DNA from: Patescibacteria group bacterium
GTDB lineage: Bacteria > Patescibacteriota > Patescibacteriia > UBA10025 > JAHIVO01
DNA length: 62,519 bases
NCBI GenBank assembly: GCA_022560375.1
Contig: JADFTK010000001.1
Coordinates: 1-62,519, forward strand
Direction of reading: 5' to 3'
Within the stretch, counting starts at the first letter, position 1. The number at the start of each line of letters is the position of its first letter. Both the position numbers and the translations under genes were made by a program. The notes below the pieces were generated by a model, which saw only the letters and a list, made by a program, of their open reading frames with translations, made no database searches and was not told where the DNA came from. Of this stretch, positions 49,327 through 59,197 are shown piece after piece.

Positions 49327-50817
49327 ATGTCCAGACTTTCAGAAGAGTATGCTTCCCGTAAGAATAAACTTACATCGGCACTAAAAAATAACATCAATCC
49401 CTACCCAGCTAGAACCAAGCGTTCAAAAACTATTGAACGTGTTCTGGTTGACTTTGATTCATTGATACAATCTGGTAATGCTCAAAATAATCAACATACT
49501 TTAGTAGGCAGGATTAGAACTATACGCTTGCATGGCGGATCGTGCTTTGCCCATATCGAAGATGGGTCCGAAAAAATTCAAATTTATCTGAAGCGTGACG
49601 AAATCGGTGTGGAAAATTATATAAACTTCAAGGAACTAATCGATATAGGGGACTTTATAGAAGTTACCGGATCCTTATTCAAAACCAAAAAAGGAGAAAA
49701 AACTCTTTTAGTGAATTCTTTCACTCTACTGGCAAAATCATTATTACCTCTACCTGAAAAATGGCACGGACTTTCTGATATCGAAATCAGATTCCGTAAA
49801 CGGTATCTTGACTTATTGAGCAATACGGCGGTCAAAGACATATTTATAAAGCGTTCACTCCTAATCAAATCGATCCGCAAATTTCTGGATGAGGATGGCT
49901 TTATGGAGGTGGAAACGCCTATACTACAGCCCATACCGGGCGGTGCTAATGCCAAACCTTTTATTACCCACCATAATGCGCTTGATATTGATTTGTATCT
50001 GAGAATAGCTCCGGAACTTTATTTAAAAAGGTTAATTATTGGAGGATTTGAAAAAGTATATGAAATAGCCAGATGTTTCCGCAATGAGGGCATTGACTAT
50101 AATCATAATCCAGAATTCACCCAGGTTGAAATTTATGCAGCCTATTGGGACTATAAAAAAATGATGAAATTTACTGAAGAACTTTTCGAGCACTCAATCA
50201 CGACTATTTACAAAAACACTACTATTGAATATGAAGGTAAAAAAATAAACTTTCAGCCTCCCTACCAATTAATCACCTTCCAGGAAGCCAGTAAAAAATA
50301 TGCGAAAATAGATATAGATAAAATTGGCGCAGAGGGATTATCTGAGGCAGCCCGGGACAGAGGGTTAGACATAGATAAATCATACAACACCGCCAAGATT
50401 CTGGATGAAATATTTAAGGAGCTTATTAGACCTAACTTAATACAACCTACTTTCGTCATCGACTATCCTCTAGAGCTATCACCCTTAGCCAAGAAAAAAG
50501 AAGGCAATCCAAAATATGTTGAGAGATTCCAGCTAGTAGCTGCGGGAATTGAATTGTGTAACGCCTTTTCTGAACTGAATGATCCCCTTGACCAAGCTCA
50601 GCGATTCAAAAACCAGGAAAAAATGCGCCAAGCAGGTGATGAAGAAGCTCAAAGGATTGACGAGGACTTTATCGAAGCTCTGGCCCACGGCATGCCCCCA
50701 ACGGCAGGCATTGGCATTGGTATAGATCGACTATCTGCTCTATTGAATAATGTACATAATATCAAGGAGGTAATTTTGTTCCCCACCCTGAAACCAAAAA
50801 AAGACTACCATGAATAG
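49327..50817 (+). CDS. lysS: Lysine--tRNA ligase (class II)
   Basis: LPEKWHGL, R.RYLDL, YLRIAPELYLKRL, FRNEG, HNPEFT, GMPPTAG.GIGIDRL. Confidence 0.97.
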   Translation: MSRLSEEYASRKNKLTSALKNNINPYPARTKRSKTIERVLVDFDSLIQSGNAQNNQHTLVGRIRTIRLHGGSCFAHIEDGSEKIQIYLKRDEIGVENYINFKELIDIGDFIEVTGSLFKTKKGEKTLLVNSFTLLAKSLLPLPEKWHGLSDIEIRFRKRYLDLLSNTAVKDIFIKRSLLIKSIRKFLDEDGFMEVETPILQPIPGGANAKPFITHHNALDIDLYLRIAPELYLKRLIIGGFEKVYEIARCFRNEGIDYNHNPEFTQVEIYAAYWDYKKMMKFTEELFEHSITTIYKNTTIEYEGKKINFQPPYQLITFQEASKKYAKIDIDKIGAEGLSEAARDRGLDIDKSYNTAKILDEIFKELIRPNLIQPTFVIDYPLELSPLAKKKEGNPKYVERFQLVAAGIELCNAFSELNDPLDQAQRFKNQEKMRQAGDEEAQRIDEDFIEALAHGMPPTAGIGIGIDRLSALLNNVHNIKEVILFPTLKPKKDYHE

Positions 50818-51361
50818 GCAATCAGCTCTAGAACTATTAAATGAATTCGTAAAAAATGAGAACCTAAAAAAACATATGCTGGCAGTGGAAGCATCTATGA
50901 GGGCCTACGCAAGAATTTTCAATGAGGATGAAGACTGGTGGGGGATCGTGGGTCTGCTGCATGATTTCGATTATGAAAAATATCCTGACCTGAAAGATCA
51001 CCCGTTCAAAGGTGCTGACATTCTCCGGCAAAGAGGATACCCCGACGATCTAATACAAACTATATTAGCTCACGCACCTCATACTGACACACCCCGTGAC
51101 ACCCCAGCCAAAAAGACTATATTTGCAGTTGATGAACTATGCGGCTTGATAGTTGCTGTAGCTCTGGTGAAACCAAATAAGTCTCTAGCTGAAGTCCAAA
51201 TTAAATCAGTCAAAAAAAAGATGAAGGATAAAAGCTTTGCCAGACAAGTCAACCGAGAAGAAATTTATCAAGGAGCCGAAGAGCTAGGCGTACCTTTTGA
51301 TGAACATATTGGCACAGTACTCGGCGCCCTACAATCAGTCTCAAAACAGCTGGAGCTTTAA
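50810..51361 (+). CDS. HD-superfamily hydrolase
   Basis: KHMLAVE, GLLHDFDYE, H, DELCG, KDKSFAR; overlaps the lysS stop. Confidence 0.85.
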   Translation: MNRQSALELLNEFVKNENLKKHMLAVEASMRAYARIFNEDEDWWGIVGLLHDFDYEKYPDLKDHPFKGADILRQRGYPDDLIQTILAHAPHTDTPRDTPAKKTIFAVDELCGLIVAVALVKPNKSLAEVQIKSVKKKMKDKSFARQVNREEIYQGAEELGVPFDEHIGTVLGALQSVSKQLEL

Positions 51362-51420
51362 TTAAGCAGGCCCTACTTAATTTTTTTACGTAACATTGTA
51401 ACAAAAAAACCTCTACAAGT

Positions 51421-52692
51421 ATGTTGGACATAAAATATATTATAAAAAATAAGGACGAAATAACAGCTGCTTTGAAGAAGCGAAATATTCAGGCTAGTAC
51501 CATTACGGAAATAATAACACTTGACGAAAAGAGGAGAGCCTCTATTCAAAATCTGGAGATGATAAAGGCGGAAAAAAATAACTTCAACAAATCAATAGGT
51601 AAATTAAGCTCTGAGGAAAAATCCAACAAGATCCAGGAAATGACCGGCCTGACAAAGCAGGAACAAAAACTCGAAGAGACATTGGATATAAATAACGAAG
51701 CACTACTGACTCTCCTGAAAGGCCTGCCCAATATCCCTGATAAAAGCGTACCTATGGGCCGAGATGATAAAGAAAATGTGGTCGAAAAAACTGTCGGGGA
51801 GCCAACTAAATTTAACTTCAGTCCCCAGGACTATATCACGCTTGCCAAAAATCACGATTTGATAGATACCGAACGCGCGGCCAAAGTCAGTGGTACTCGT
51901 TTTGGATATTTAAAAAACGAAGGGGCCTTGCTTTGGTCGGCTTTGGTACAGTACAGTTTGGACATCCTGTTACAAGAAAAATTTATCCCTTTCTATTCAC
52001 CGGCTCTTATCAAAGAGGAAGTCATGATTAATTCTGGATATGACTCCTACACCAATGACCATGAGGCGTACTTCATAGAAAAGGATAAGCTGTATCTAGT
52101 GGGAACAGGGGAACACGCCTTACTGCCGTATCACAGCCAAGAAACCCTCAAAGAGGATTCCTTGCCCCTTTATTACACCACCTACTCAACTTGTTTTAGG
52201 AGAGAGGCTGGCAGCTACGGTAAAGATACCAAAGGCATACTCAGGGTGCACCAATTTGATAAGCAGGAAATGATGATTATTACTAAACCGGAAAACTCCT
52301 GGAAGGAATTTGACCACTTAATAGAAATCCAAGAAAAAATAATTCAAGGTTTGAAATTGCCTTACCAGCTGGTAACGGTATGCACCGGTGACCTACCAAG
52401 ACCCTCGGCCAAGGTGGTTGACCTGGAATGCTGGATACCTTCTGAACAGAAATACCGCGAAACGCACTCTGCTTCCAACTGTACAGATTACCAAGCTCGG
52501 AGCAATAAAATCAAGTTTAAAAACAAAACCGGCCAAACAGAATTTGTTCACATTTTAAACGCTACGGCCATAACCCCCAGAACACTTATTGCTATCCTGG
52601 AAAATTACCAACAGCCGGATGGCTCCATAAAAATACCCAAAGTTCTGCATCCCTACATGCATAAAATTAAGGAAATAAAAATAAAGAAATAA
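51421..52692 (+). CDS. serS: Serine--tRNA ligase
   Basis: MLDIK, CFRREAGSYGKDT.GI.RVHQF.K.E, SNCTDYQAR, LENYQ. Confidence 0.97.
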   Translation: MLDIKYIIKNKDEITAALKKRNIQASTITEIITLDEKRRASIQNLEMIKAEKNNFNKSIGKLSSEEKSNKIQEMTGLTKQEQKLEETLDINNEALLTLLKGLPNIPDKSVPMGRDDKENVVEKTVGEPTKFNFSPQDYITLAKNHDLIDTERAAKVSGTRFGYLKNEGALLWSALVQYSLDILLQEKFIPFYSPALIKEEVMINSGYDSYTNDHEAYFIEKDKLYLVGTGEHALLPYHSQETLKEDSLPLYYTTYSTCFRREAGSYGKDTKGILRVHQFDKQEMMIITKPENSWKEFDHLIEIQEKIIQGLKLPYQLVTVCTGDLPRPSAKVVDLECWIPSEQKYRETHSASNCTDYQARSNKIKFKNKTGQTEFVHILNATAITPRTLIAILENYQQPDGSIKIPKVLHPYMHKIKEIKIKK

Positions 52693-53835
52693 ATGCTAAC
52701 TACGCAGATTACCTGGGTGGCTATCTCCCGCAGTGCCATACGACACAACATCAGACAGCTTCAGAGAATAGTATCTCCCTCAACTCAATTTATGGCAGTT
52801 GTGAAATCGAACGCCTATGGGCATGGGCTGATAGAAGTAGCTAAAATAGCCAAGCAAGCAAAAGTCTCATGGCTAGCCACAGTCAACCTCGATGAAGCCC
52901 TAGAACTTAGGGCCTCAGGCATTAAAGGCAGAATACTGGTACTTAGCTATTACCATCCTGATAAAATCAAAGAAGCCATAAAAAAAAATATTACCCTGAC
53001 AGTTTACGGTTATGCAGCTGCCAAGAAAATTAATGCAGCTGCCAAACTCCTGCGAACAAAAACCAAAGTGCATTTCAAAGTAGATACTGGAACGTCGAGG
53101 CTAGGCGTATTGCCCTTAGACTGCGCACCGATGCTGCATAAAATCAGGCAACTAGATAATATAAAAATCGAGGGAATATTTTCTCATTTTGCGGATGCGG
53201 AAAACCTTAATCAAGCTTTTACTAACCGGCAAATAAACACCTTTAATAAAATTGTTAGCGAGCTAGAAATTCAAAATATTAAAATTCCCCTGAAACACCT
53301 GGCTTGCTCGGCATCTACTATACTTAATAAAGAAAGCCACCAGGATTTGATCAGGATAGGCATCGCCCTATATGGCCTTTGGTCAATTGAGAAAAAAGGC
53401 TGGCTAGCAAAAAAATTACTTCCAGGATTAAACCTACGCCCAGCCTTATCATGGTATACTACCATCATCCAATTAAAAAAACTTCCTCCCCATTCTACGG
53501 TCGGGTATGGAGCCAGCTATAAAACAAATAAAGATACTACCTTAGCCCTGGTCCCAGTAGGATATTGGGAGGGCTACGATCGGAAACTCTCCAATACCGG
53601 CGAGGTGATCATACGAGGAAAAAGGTGTAGCATAAGAGGCCGAGTGTGCATGAACCTAATGATGATAGACGTCACCAGCTTACCAAACGTAAAGGTAGGG
53701 GACCGTGTCATACTTATCGGCCAGGAGGGGAAAGAATCCATAACGGCTGACGAATTAGCTAACAAAATTAAGACTATTAACTACGAAATTATCACCAGAA
53801 TTAACCCATTAATTAATAGAGTTTATATTAAATAA
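52693..53835 (+). CDS. alr: Alanine racemase
   Basis: AVVKSNAYGHG, KVDTG..RLG, SHF, GRVCM, TINYE. Confidence 0.96.
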   Translation: MLTTQITWVAISRSAIRHNIRQLQRIVSPSTQFMAVVKSNAYGHGLIEVAKIAKQAKVSWLATVNLDEALELRASGIKGRILVLSYYHPDKIKEAIKKNITLTVYGYAAAKKINAAAKLLRTKTKVHFKVDTGTSRLGVLPLDCAPMLHKIRQLDNIKIEGIFSHFADAENLNQAFTNRQINTFNKIVSELEIQNIKIPLKHLACSASTILNKESHQDLIRIGIALYGLWSIEKKGWLAKKLLPGLNLRPALSWYTTIIQLKKLPPHSTVGYGASYKTNKDTTLALVPVGYWEGYDRKLSNTGEVIIRGKRCSIRGRVCMNLMMIDVTSLPNVKVGDRVILIGQEGKESITADELANKIKTINYEIITRINPLINRVYIK

Positions 53836-53836
53836 T

Positions 53837-54064
53837 ATGGAAAACGAAGACGGCGTTTATAATAAAGAGGACGTAGTGCCACAAGAAGGTAACTATGTAT
53901 GTTCCCCGTGTGGATTTCGCAAACACTATAAAGTTGGCGATAAATTCAGCGAATGCACTTCCTGCCTGTCAGGAACGGAGGAAGGGGATGAAGCATATGT
54001 AGCAGGTACTGGCCTTTGGGAAAAAGTATCAGAGGAATCCTCTAACCATGAAACAAAAAATTAA
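53837..54064 (+). CDS. Small acidic zinc-ribbon-like protein
   Basis: YVCSPCG...ECTSC; tightly packed between alr and ddl. Confidence 0.65.
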   Translation: MENEDGVYNKEDVVPQEGNYVCSPCGFRKHYKVGDKFSECTSCLSGTEEGDEAYVAGTGLWEKVSEESSNHETKN

Positions 54065-55127
54065 AGTTGGCATAATATTTGGTGGTCGTTCTGGCGAGCA
54101 TGAAGTTTCGCTGGCTTCGGCCTGGTCAATCATGCAAGCTATTGATAAGAAAAAATATCAAATAGTCCAGATAGGGATCACCAAACAAGGGGAGTGGCTG
54201 ACTGGGCCACAAACCATGCGTAAATTGAAAAACAATGCAGTCTTGAAAAAAGACCTAACTACCGTACTAGTGCCGGATGCGATTCATCAACCAACCAAAA
54301 TTGATGTTGCCTTCCCGATACTTCACGGCCCCTATGGAGAAGATGGCACCATCCAAGGACTACTGGAATTGGCTAATATGCCTTACGTAGGATCTGGTGT
54401 GCTTGGTTCAGCTATGGCCATGGATAAGGTAGTTCAAAAAAAGATATGTCAGCAGGCTCAATTACCGGTGGTTAAGTATCTTTATTTTTATAAAATAAAT
54501 TTCCGAAAGGACTATAAAAATATTTCTCTAAGGGTGAACAAATTAGGATATCCGGTATTTGTAAAACCAGCCAACATGGGTTCATCGGTCGGCATTAGTA
54601 AAGTACAAAATAAAAAAATGTTAATCCAGGCCGTGACCTTGGCTAGTAAATATGATAATAAGATTATTGTTGAAAAGTCTATCGCTAATGCTGAAGAAAT
54701 TGAAGTTGCGGTTCTCGGTAATAGGCGAGTACTAGCGTCAGTCCCTGGTGCTATAATTTCTTCAAATGAATTCTATGACTATAATGCCAAGTATGTTGAC
54801 GGCCAATCATTTGACAAAATCCCAGCCCAGCTACCAAAACCCATACTAAATAAACTGAAAAAAATAGCCGTCAACGCTTTTCTTGCGGTCAATGGCTCAG
54901 GCATGGCTCGCGTAGATTTCCTGGTGTCATCTAAGCATAAAATTTACCTAAACGAAATAAATACTATCCCTGGTTTTACCTCTATTTCTATGTATCCAAA
55001 ATTATGGCGAGCGTCAGGTGTTTCGATGACCCAATTGATATCGAGGCTAATCGACCTGGCTTTTGATCGCTATAATGAAAAGGCTCAGCTCAAAACTTCA
55101 TTAAAACTTAAAAAGAAATGGTACTAA
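54048..55127 (+). CDS. ddl: D-alanine--D-alanine ligase
   Basis: [44 protein letters not shown]. Confidence 0.97.
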   Translation: MKQKIKVGIIFGGRSGEHEVSLASAWSIMQAIDKKKYQIVQIGITKQGEWLTGPQTMRKLKNNAVLKKDLTTVLVPDAIHQPTKIDVAFPILHGPYGEDGTIQGLLELANMPYVGSGVLGSAMAMDKVVQKKICQQAQLPVVKYLYFYKINFRKDYKNISLRVNKLGYPVFVKPANMGSSVGISKVQNKKMLIQAVTLASKYDNKIIVEKSIANAEEIEVAVLGNRRVLASVPGAIISSNEFYDYNAKYVDGQSFDKIPAQLPKPILNKLKKIAVNAFLAVNGSGMARVDFLVSSKHKIYLNEINTIPGFTSISMYPKLWRASGVSMTQLISRLIDLAFDRYNEKAQLKTSLKLKKKWY

Positions 55128-55133
55128 TTTATC

Positions 55134-55982
55134 ATGCGTTGGAACTTACACCAAAAAAAAATTCAGAAACACCACCAACAGGCACCAGCTTATAAAAACC
55201 CGCTCTTTGCAAAAAAAACCTGGCAGCTTTATGTCATACAGAGGATTGGGTTAATCAGCTGGCTGACTATATTAGCGCTTATAGTATTTATTTATTTTAT
55301 ATTTTACTCCTCATTATTTCAAATTACCAAAGTTGAAATTAAGGGAACAGTGGATATTTCCCCAACAACAATTAAGGAAAAAATGGTGGACTGGCAGATG
55401 CAGCAGGGCCGATGGGTTATATTCAAACAGAATAACCTAGTTCTGTTTGACCAAAACTGGCTAGTTAGCAATATTAACCAGGAATATCCAATTGAATCGA
55501 TTAATATCACCAAAGATTTCCCTAACACTTTGGTAGTATCTATCGTAGAAAAAAAACCTGAATTTGTTTGGGTGTCAAACGGTCAGTATTATTACATCAG
55601 TAGCAATGGGCTAATTGACCAGAAAATTGAAAATTCTGAACCCGCAGCCAGCTTGCCCCATATCAACGATGAGTCCAATGAAGAAATTAGCACTGGCCAA
55701 GAAGTGCTAAACGAACAAAAATTATCTTTTTTCAAAGAACTTAACATTGCCTTAATTGCCATGCCCTCTGTAAATATTATTGCGTACTCAGTGCCTAATA
55801 TAATTGTCCCCCAAATAAATGTAAGCGTCGAAGAAGGATATCAAATATTTTTCGAAACAAATAAATCTTTGGAACAGCAAATTAATAAATTGAAAAGGAT
55901 CATTGAAGAGGGGACTATTATAAAAGAAAATCCCCAGGAATATGTTGATTTACGTATTGGAGACCGAGTTTACATTAAATAA
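55134..55982 (+). CDS. ftsQ: Cell division protein FtsQ/DivIB-like
   Basis: Single TM, POTRA-like region, K.FPNTL.V.I.E, C-terminal YVDLR; follows ddl. Confidence 0.8.
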   Translation: MRWNLHQKKIQKHHQQAPAYKNPLFAKKTWQLYVIQRIGLISWLTILALIVFIYFIFYSSLFQITKVEIKGTVDISPTTIKEKMVDWQMQQGRWVIFKQNNLVLFDQNWLVSNINQEYPIESINITKDFPNTLVVSIVEKKPEFVWVSNGQYYYISSNGLIDQKIENSEPAASLPHINDESNEEISTGQEVLNEQKLSFFKELNIALIAMPSVNIIAYSVPNIIVPQINVSVEEGYQIFFETNKSLEQQINKLKRIIEEGTIIKENPQEYVDLRIGDRVYIK

Positions 55983-55990
55983 CAATAAGC

Positions 55991-56425
55991 ATGCTACTAG
56001 TAACCCACGTATTAACTGGTGCGGTCATTGGCCAAAAAATAAGCGATCCTATAGTACTGACCCTACTAGCCTTAGGTTCTCATTTCCTGCTGGACTGGAT
56101 ACCGCACTGGAGCTATAATGTACCAAAAACAAATTCCCTGAGAGAATTTGTTAAGCTTCTTCCTGACATTCTACCGTCAATATTGATATATGTCGTCTTT
56201 ATCTTTTCTTATCCTGATCAATGGGTACTTATCACTCTAGGGGTGACTATGGCTATACTACCAGATTTTATCACTCTCACTCGGCACTCAAAAAATTTGA
56301 GTAAAATATTTGAAAAAATAAATTATTGGCATGGACGTATCCAAGTGCATGATGAAAAAATTCTCGGTCTAGTTTCCCAGGTCATTTACGTAGCGCTACT
56401 TATTATAATCCTTTATTCCGTTTAA
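55991..56425 (+). CDS. Membrane protein with putative metal-binding His/Asp motifs
   Basis: TH...G, SHFLLD.IPH, LPD, H. Confidence 0.65.
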   Translation: MLLVTHVLTGAVIGQKISDPIVLTLLALGSHFLLDWIPHWSYNVPKTNSLREFVKLLPDILPSILIYVVFIFSYPDQWVLITLGVTMAILPDFITLTRHSKNLSKIFEKINYWHGRIQVHDEKILGLVSQVIYVALLIIILYSV

Positions 56426-56432
56426 CAACCTT

Positions 56433-57104
56433 ATGATAAAACAGATCAAAAAGAAAAAAAAATGGCTTTCACCGACCGGGATAGAAAGTTCGAAACGCTG
56501 CCAGCGCTGTTTCTGGCTGAGGTATAACAAAAAACTGTACCAGCCAGAAGGCATTGTTTCTCGACTGGCTAACCGCTTCGATACCATTTTAAAAAAGTAT
56601 TTCGATTTATATCGACCGCTAGGAGAACTCCCACCAATGATAGAGGGTATGGTTGAGGGAAAACTCCTGCACCCTTTTCAGGAAACTTATTTCTATCACC
56701 ATGATGAAGACTATGGTTACATGGGCAAGCTAGATGAAACCCTAATATCAGATAAAAAAAAATACACCCCGCTTGATTTCAAAACCTCCAGCTCTGACCC
56801 TAATACTAAGCCATTAATCCCTGCCTATCAGTCTCAGATGGATAGCTACGCCTTTTTACTCGAAAAAAATAATCGGCCCACCACTGGCCTCGGTCATTTA
56901 TTATTTTTCTTCCCCAGTGAAGCTAAGGATTTACATAATCGTTTTCCCATGCAGATCACCTTAAAAACTATCAAAACAAATCCCCAGTCCGCCTATAATG
57001 AATTTCTGGGCGCCATAAAAATTCTCGAGGAAAAAATCCCAGACTCATCCGCCAACTGCCCCTTCTGTAATTGGAGAGTGGAGATTGCTAAACATACAAC
57101 CTAA
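56433..57104 (+). CDS. PD-(D/E)XK nuclease family protein (Cas4/RecB-like, stand-alone)
   Basis: LSPT...CQRCFW, GKLD...DFKT, Q...Y, C-terminal CPFC. Confidence 0.85.
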   Translation: MIKQIKKKKKWLSPTGIESSKRCQRCFWLRYNKKLYQPEGIVSRLANRFDTILKKYFDLYRPLGELPPMIEGMVEGKLLHPFQETYFYHHDEDYGYMGKLDETLISDKKKYTPLDFKTSSSDPNTKPLIPAYQSQMDSYAFLLEKNNRPTTGLGHLLFFFPSEAKDLHNRFPMQITLKTIKTNPQSAYNEFLGAIKILEEKIPDSSANCPFCNWRVEIAKHTT

Positions 57105-57116
57105 CCAGACAGCGTA

Positions 57117-57154
57117 AACAAAAAAGGCCATCTTATCATGAGGCCTTTTTTGTT
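57117..57154. terminator. Bidirectional terminator
   Basis: AACAAAAAAGGCC / GGCCTTTTTTGTT 13-bp inverted repeat between convergent genes. Confidence 0.8.
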
Positions 57155-57165
57155 ATTCCTAATTA

Positions 57166-57447
57166 CTAGAGAATAGATTCTTTGGCTGCTTTTGCAACCC
57201 TAAATTTCACTACAACCTTAGCAGGAATCTGGATTGTTTCACCAGTTGCGGGATTACGTCCCACTCGGGCTTTACGATCCTTTTTTACCAACTTACCAAT
57301 GCCAGGGAAGGTAAATTCACCGTTGTTCTTTACCTCACTGTATGCAGTCTCAGTTATCAGATCCATGAAAGATATTACCTCTTTCTTGGAAAGACCTGAC
57401 TTTTCGGCTAGGTGGCTCAATAGCTGGGATTTTGTCATTTTTGCCAT
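57166..57447 (-). CDS. hup: HU family DNA-binding protein
   Basis: MTKSQL, G.GK, RKARVGRNPATGE.I.IPAK. Confidence 0.95.
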   Translation of the reverse strand: MAKMTKSQLLSHLAEKSGLSKKEVISFMDLITETAYSEVKNNGEFTFPGIGKLVKKDRKARVGRNPATGETIQIPAKVVVKFRVAKAAKESIL

Positions 57448-57625
57448 GGCTATTTTGCTTTATTAATAAGCTAATTAAGTGACCTTTTACTATAATAGTA
57501 TAACAAAGGCTGTGGAAAAAGCCAGTATTTATAGGGCTAAATTGATTATGGTGGTGGATATTGGCTGAGGTTAGCCAAAAGAAAATACTAAGTCTATTAT
57601 ATTAAAAAACATGGCGTTTTCTAAT

Positions 57626-57672
57626 TTGACAAAGAAATAATCAGATATAAGTTAATATAATGTTCATTAGAA
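57626..57672 (+). promoter_or_regulatory. Cassette A promoter and boxA-like motif
   Basis: TTGACA 57626-57631; TAAGTT at 16 bp or TATAAT at 57656; GTTCATTAGAA 57662-57672. Confidence 0.5.
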
Positions 57673-57716
57673 AAAAATAAATTACTTACCCAAACGAAAA
57701 CTGAAGGTGGTGACTC

Positions 57717-58002
57717 ATGAATCTATCATACATTCTTCTTATTACTGCGGCGGCTGCGTGGCTATATAAGCTTTGCTTTCGCCATACTGCGCAGCACCGG
57801 GGAAAGTCTAAAAGAATCTTTACATAGTAAAGTTTCTGCAGAGGACACCCAAAACAGGTACGATAAGTATAACCGGCTCAAAAAATGGTTTTTTGTCCTC
57901 GCTATACTGATGGTGCTAATCGCTGCAGCTGTAGCAGTTATCTACCAGGCTCATCGAAATCAATGCCACCGGCTAACAATTATGAACCTTAAACAGGGCT
58001 GA
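57717..58002 (+). pseudogene. Cassette A: small two-TM orphan protein split by a +1 frameshift (not in the ORF track)
   Basis: SD GAAGGTGGTGA, ATG 57717 (MNLSYILLITAAAA...) stops at 57827; the +1 frame is open 57721-58002 (GYISFAFAILRST...KKWFFVLAILMVLIAAAVAVIY...). Confidence 0.55.
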
Positions 58003-58026
58003 ATTTACTTCAGCCCTGTTTTTTTT
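57991..58026 (+). terminator. Cassette A terminator
   Basis: AAACAGGGCTGAA-TTTAC-TTCAGCCCTGTTT, perfect 13-bp stem with T run. Confidence 0.85.
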
Positions 58027-58027
58027 A

Positions 58028-58057
58028 TTGACACCAGACAATCATATGCCCTACACT
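58028..58057 (+). promoter_or_regulatory. Cassette B promoter abutting terminator A
   Basis: TTGACA, 18 bp, TACACT. Confidence 0.65.
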
Positions 58058-58091
58058 TAAGTCAACACCATTTATTCTAGGAGGGTAGAGT

Positions 58092-58523
58092 ATGTTCCTT
58101 GACATTGTTATTCCTCCAGATATTGCTGAACAAATCAGCTATACTAACGTTACGGTTGTTTCCTACAAAATTGGCGGTGGCCTATACGCTGGCCAGATAA
58201 AATCCGACGATACCGGATCAAAACTGGTAGATGTAGCGTGCCAAAGTACCTCTAGCGAAGATGTACAGCAAACCTTGCATGCTCTGGTCAGGACTACCAG
58301 AGACTTCATGTCCAGCGGCAAATGGGATGGAGGCCATCTACATTGCATCATAGAAAGCCAGAAAATCAGTATCGCGGATGCACTGAATCCCACAACTGAC
58401 TGCCGGAAAGTTTCCGTAGTAGAAGCACTTCAGATCGAAATCAACTGCGTAAAGATTTCTGTCTCTGAAGCGCTAATTTTATCTGGGGCCATAACTCCCC
58501 AAGACGATGAGCAGACGTACTAA
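58092..58523 (+). CDS. Cassette B: orphan protein with three 15-aa repeats
   Basis: SD AGGAGG; K(I/V)S(I/V)x(D/E)AL at residues 91, 106 and 121. Confidence 0.75.
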   Translation: MFLDIVIPPDIAEQISYTNVTVVSYKIGGGLYAGQIKSDDTGSKLVDVACQSTSSEDVQQTLHALVRTTRDFMSSGKWDGGHLHCIIESQKISIADALNPTTDCRKVSVVEALQIEINCVKISVSEALILSGAITPQDDEQTY

Positions 58524-58540
58524 ACCACGTCTGCTTTTTT
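58510..58540 (+). terminator. Cassette B terminator (overlaps the stop codon)
   Basis: AGCAGACGT / ACGTCTGCT stem with T6. Confidence 0.8.
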
Positions 58541-58543
58541 ATA

Positions 58544-58603
58544 TTGACTAATAAAGTAAGTGGGGATAGGGTAGTGATAGATAGAAAATAAAGAACTTTA
58601 AAA
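58544..58603 (+). promoter_or_regulatory. Cassette C promoter and boxA-like motif
   Basis: TTGACT, 17 bp, TAGGGT; GAACTTTAAAA 58593-58603. Confidence 0.5.
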
Positions 58604-58617
58604 AAAGAGGTATAACC

Positions 58618-59112
58618 ATGAGCTTAAAGAGCTGGTTACTGGATGAGCCTGGATATTGGAAGCTTCCGATATATATATTATTCTCCAGCTTCACTTTGCT
58701 GGCTATTGGAATAACTATAGGGTCTGCCCTTTACTTCCTAGAAATCGACACACCACCACGGCCAGATATCGAAACTTTAGTTAGAATGGAATGGGATGCT
58801 GTAATTTCCATCGTACTAGTACTGGTCTTGGCTGAAGAATTCTTTTTTAGATTCCTACCAATTATGATAGGCCGGTCCTTACTCAACAGCCTGCCGATCA
58901 CCATACTGCTATGCCTAATCAGTTCGATAATATTTGGTTATCTGCATGGCAACCACTGGAACATTCTTGTCCAGGGAGTAATCGGCATTGGATTCTGTCT
59001 CATCTACCTGAAATGTGGTGGCATAAATAAAAAAATCGTAAAGCCTTATTTGACAACTTCGGCAGTACATTTTCTTTACAACATTTTTTCATTTGCACCA
59101 ATCATTCTCTAG
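58618..59112 (+). CDS. Cassette C: CPBP family (CAAX/Abi) intramembrane metalloprotease
   Basis: LAEEFFFR (EExxxR), FGYLH (FxxxH), HFLYN (HxxxN); SD AGAGGT. Confidence 0.85.
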   Translation: MSLKSWLLDEPGYWKLPIYILFSSFTLLAIGITIGSALYFLEIDTPPRPDIETLVRMEWDAVISIVLVLVLAEEFFFRFLPIMIGRSLLNSLPITILLCLISSIIFGYLHGNHWNILVQGVIGIGFCLIYLKCGGINKKIVKPYLTTSAVHFLYNIFSFAPIIL

Positions 59113-59148
59113 TCCACGTAATACATAATAAATACGTGGACTTTTTTT
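59111..59148 (+). terminator. Cassette C terminator
   Basis: AGTCCACGTA / TACGTGGACT 10-bp stem with T7. Confidence 0.8.
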
Positions 59149-59154
59149 ATTAAT

Positions 59155-59195
59155 AAAAAAAGGCAGACCTTCTAAGAATGAGAAGTATCTGCCTT
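59155..59195 (-). terminator. Cassette D terminator
   Basis: Minus strand AAGGCAGA..CTTCT / AGAAG.TCTGCC followed by T7. Confidence 0.75.
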
Positions 59196-59197
59196 GT

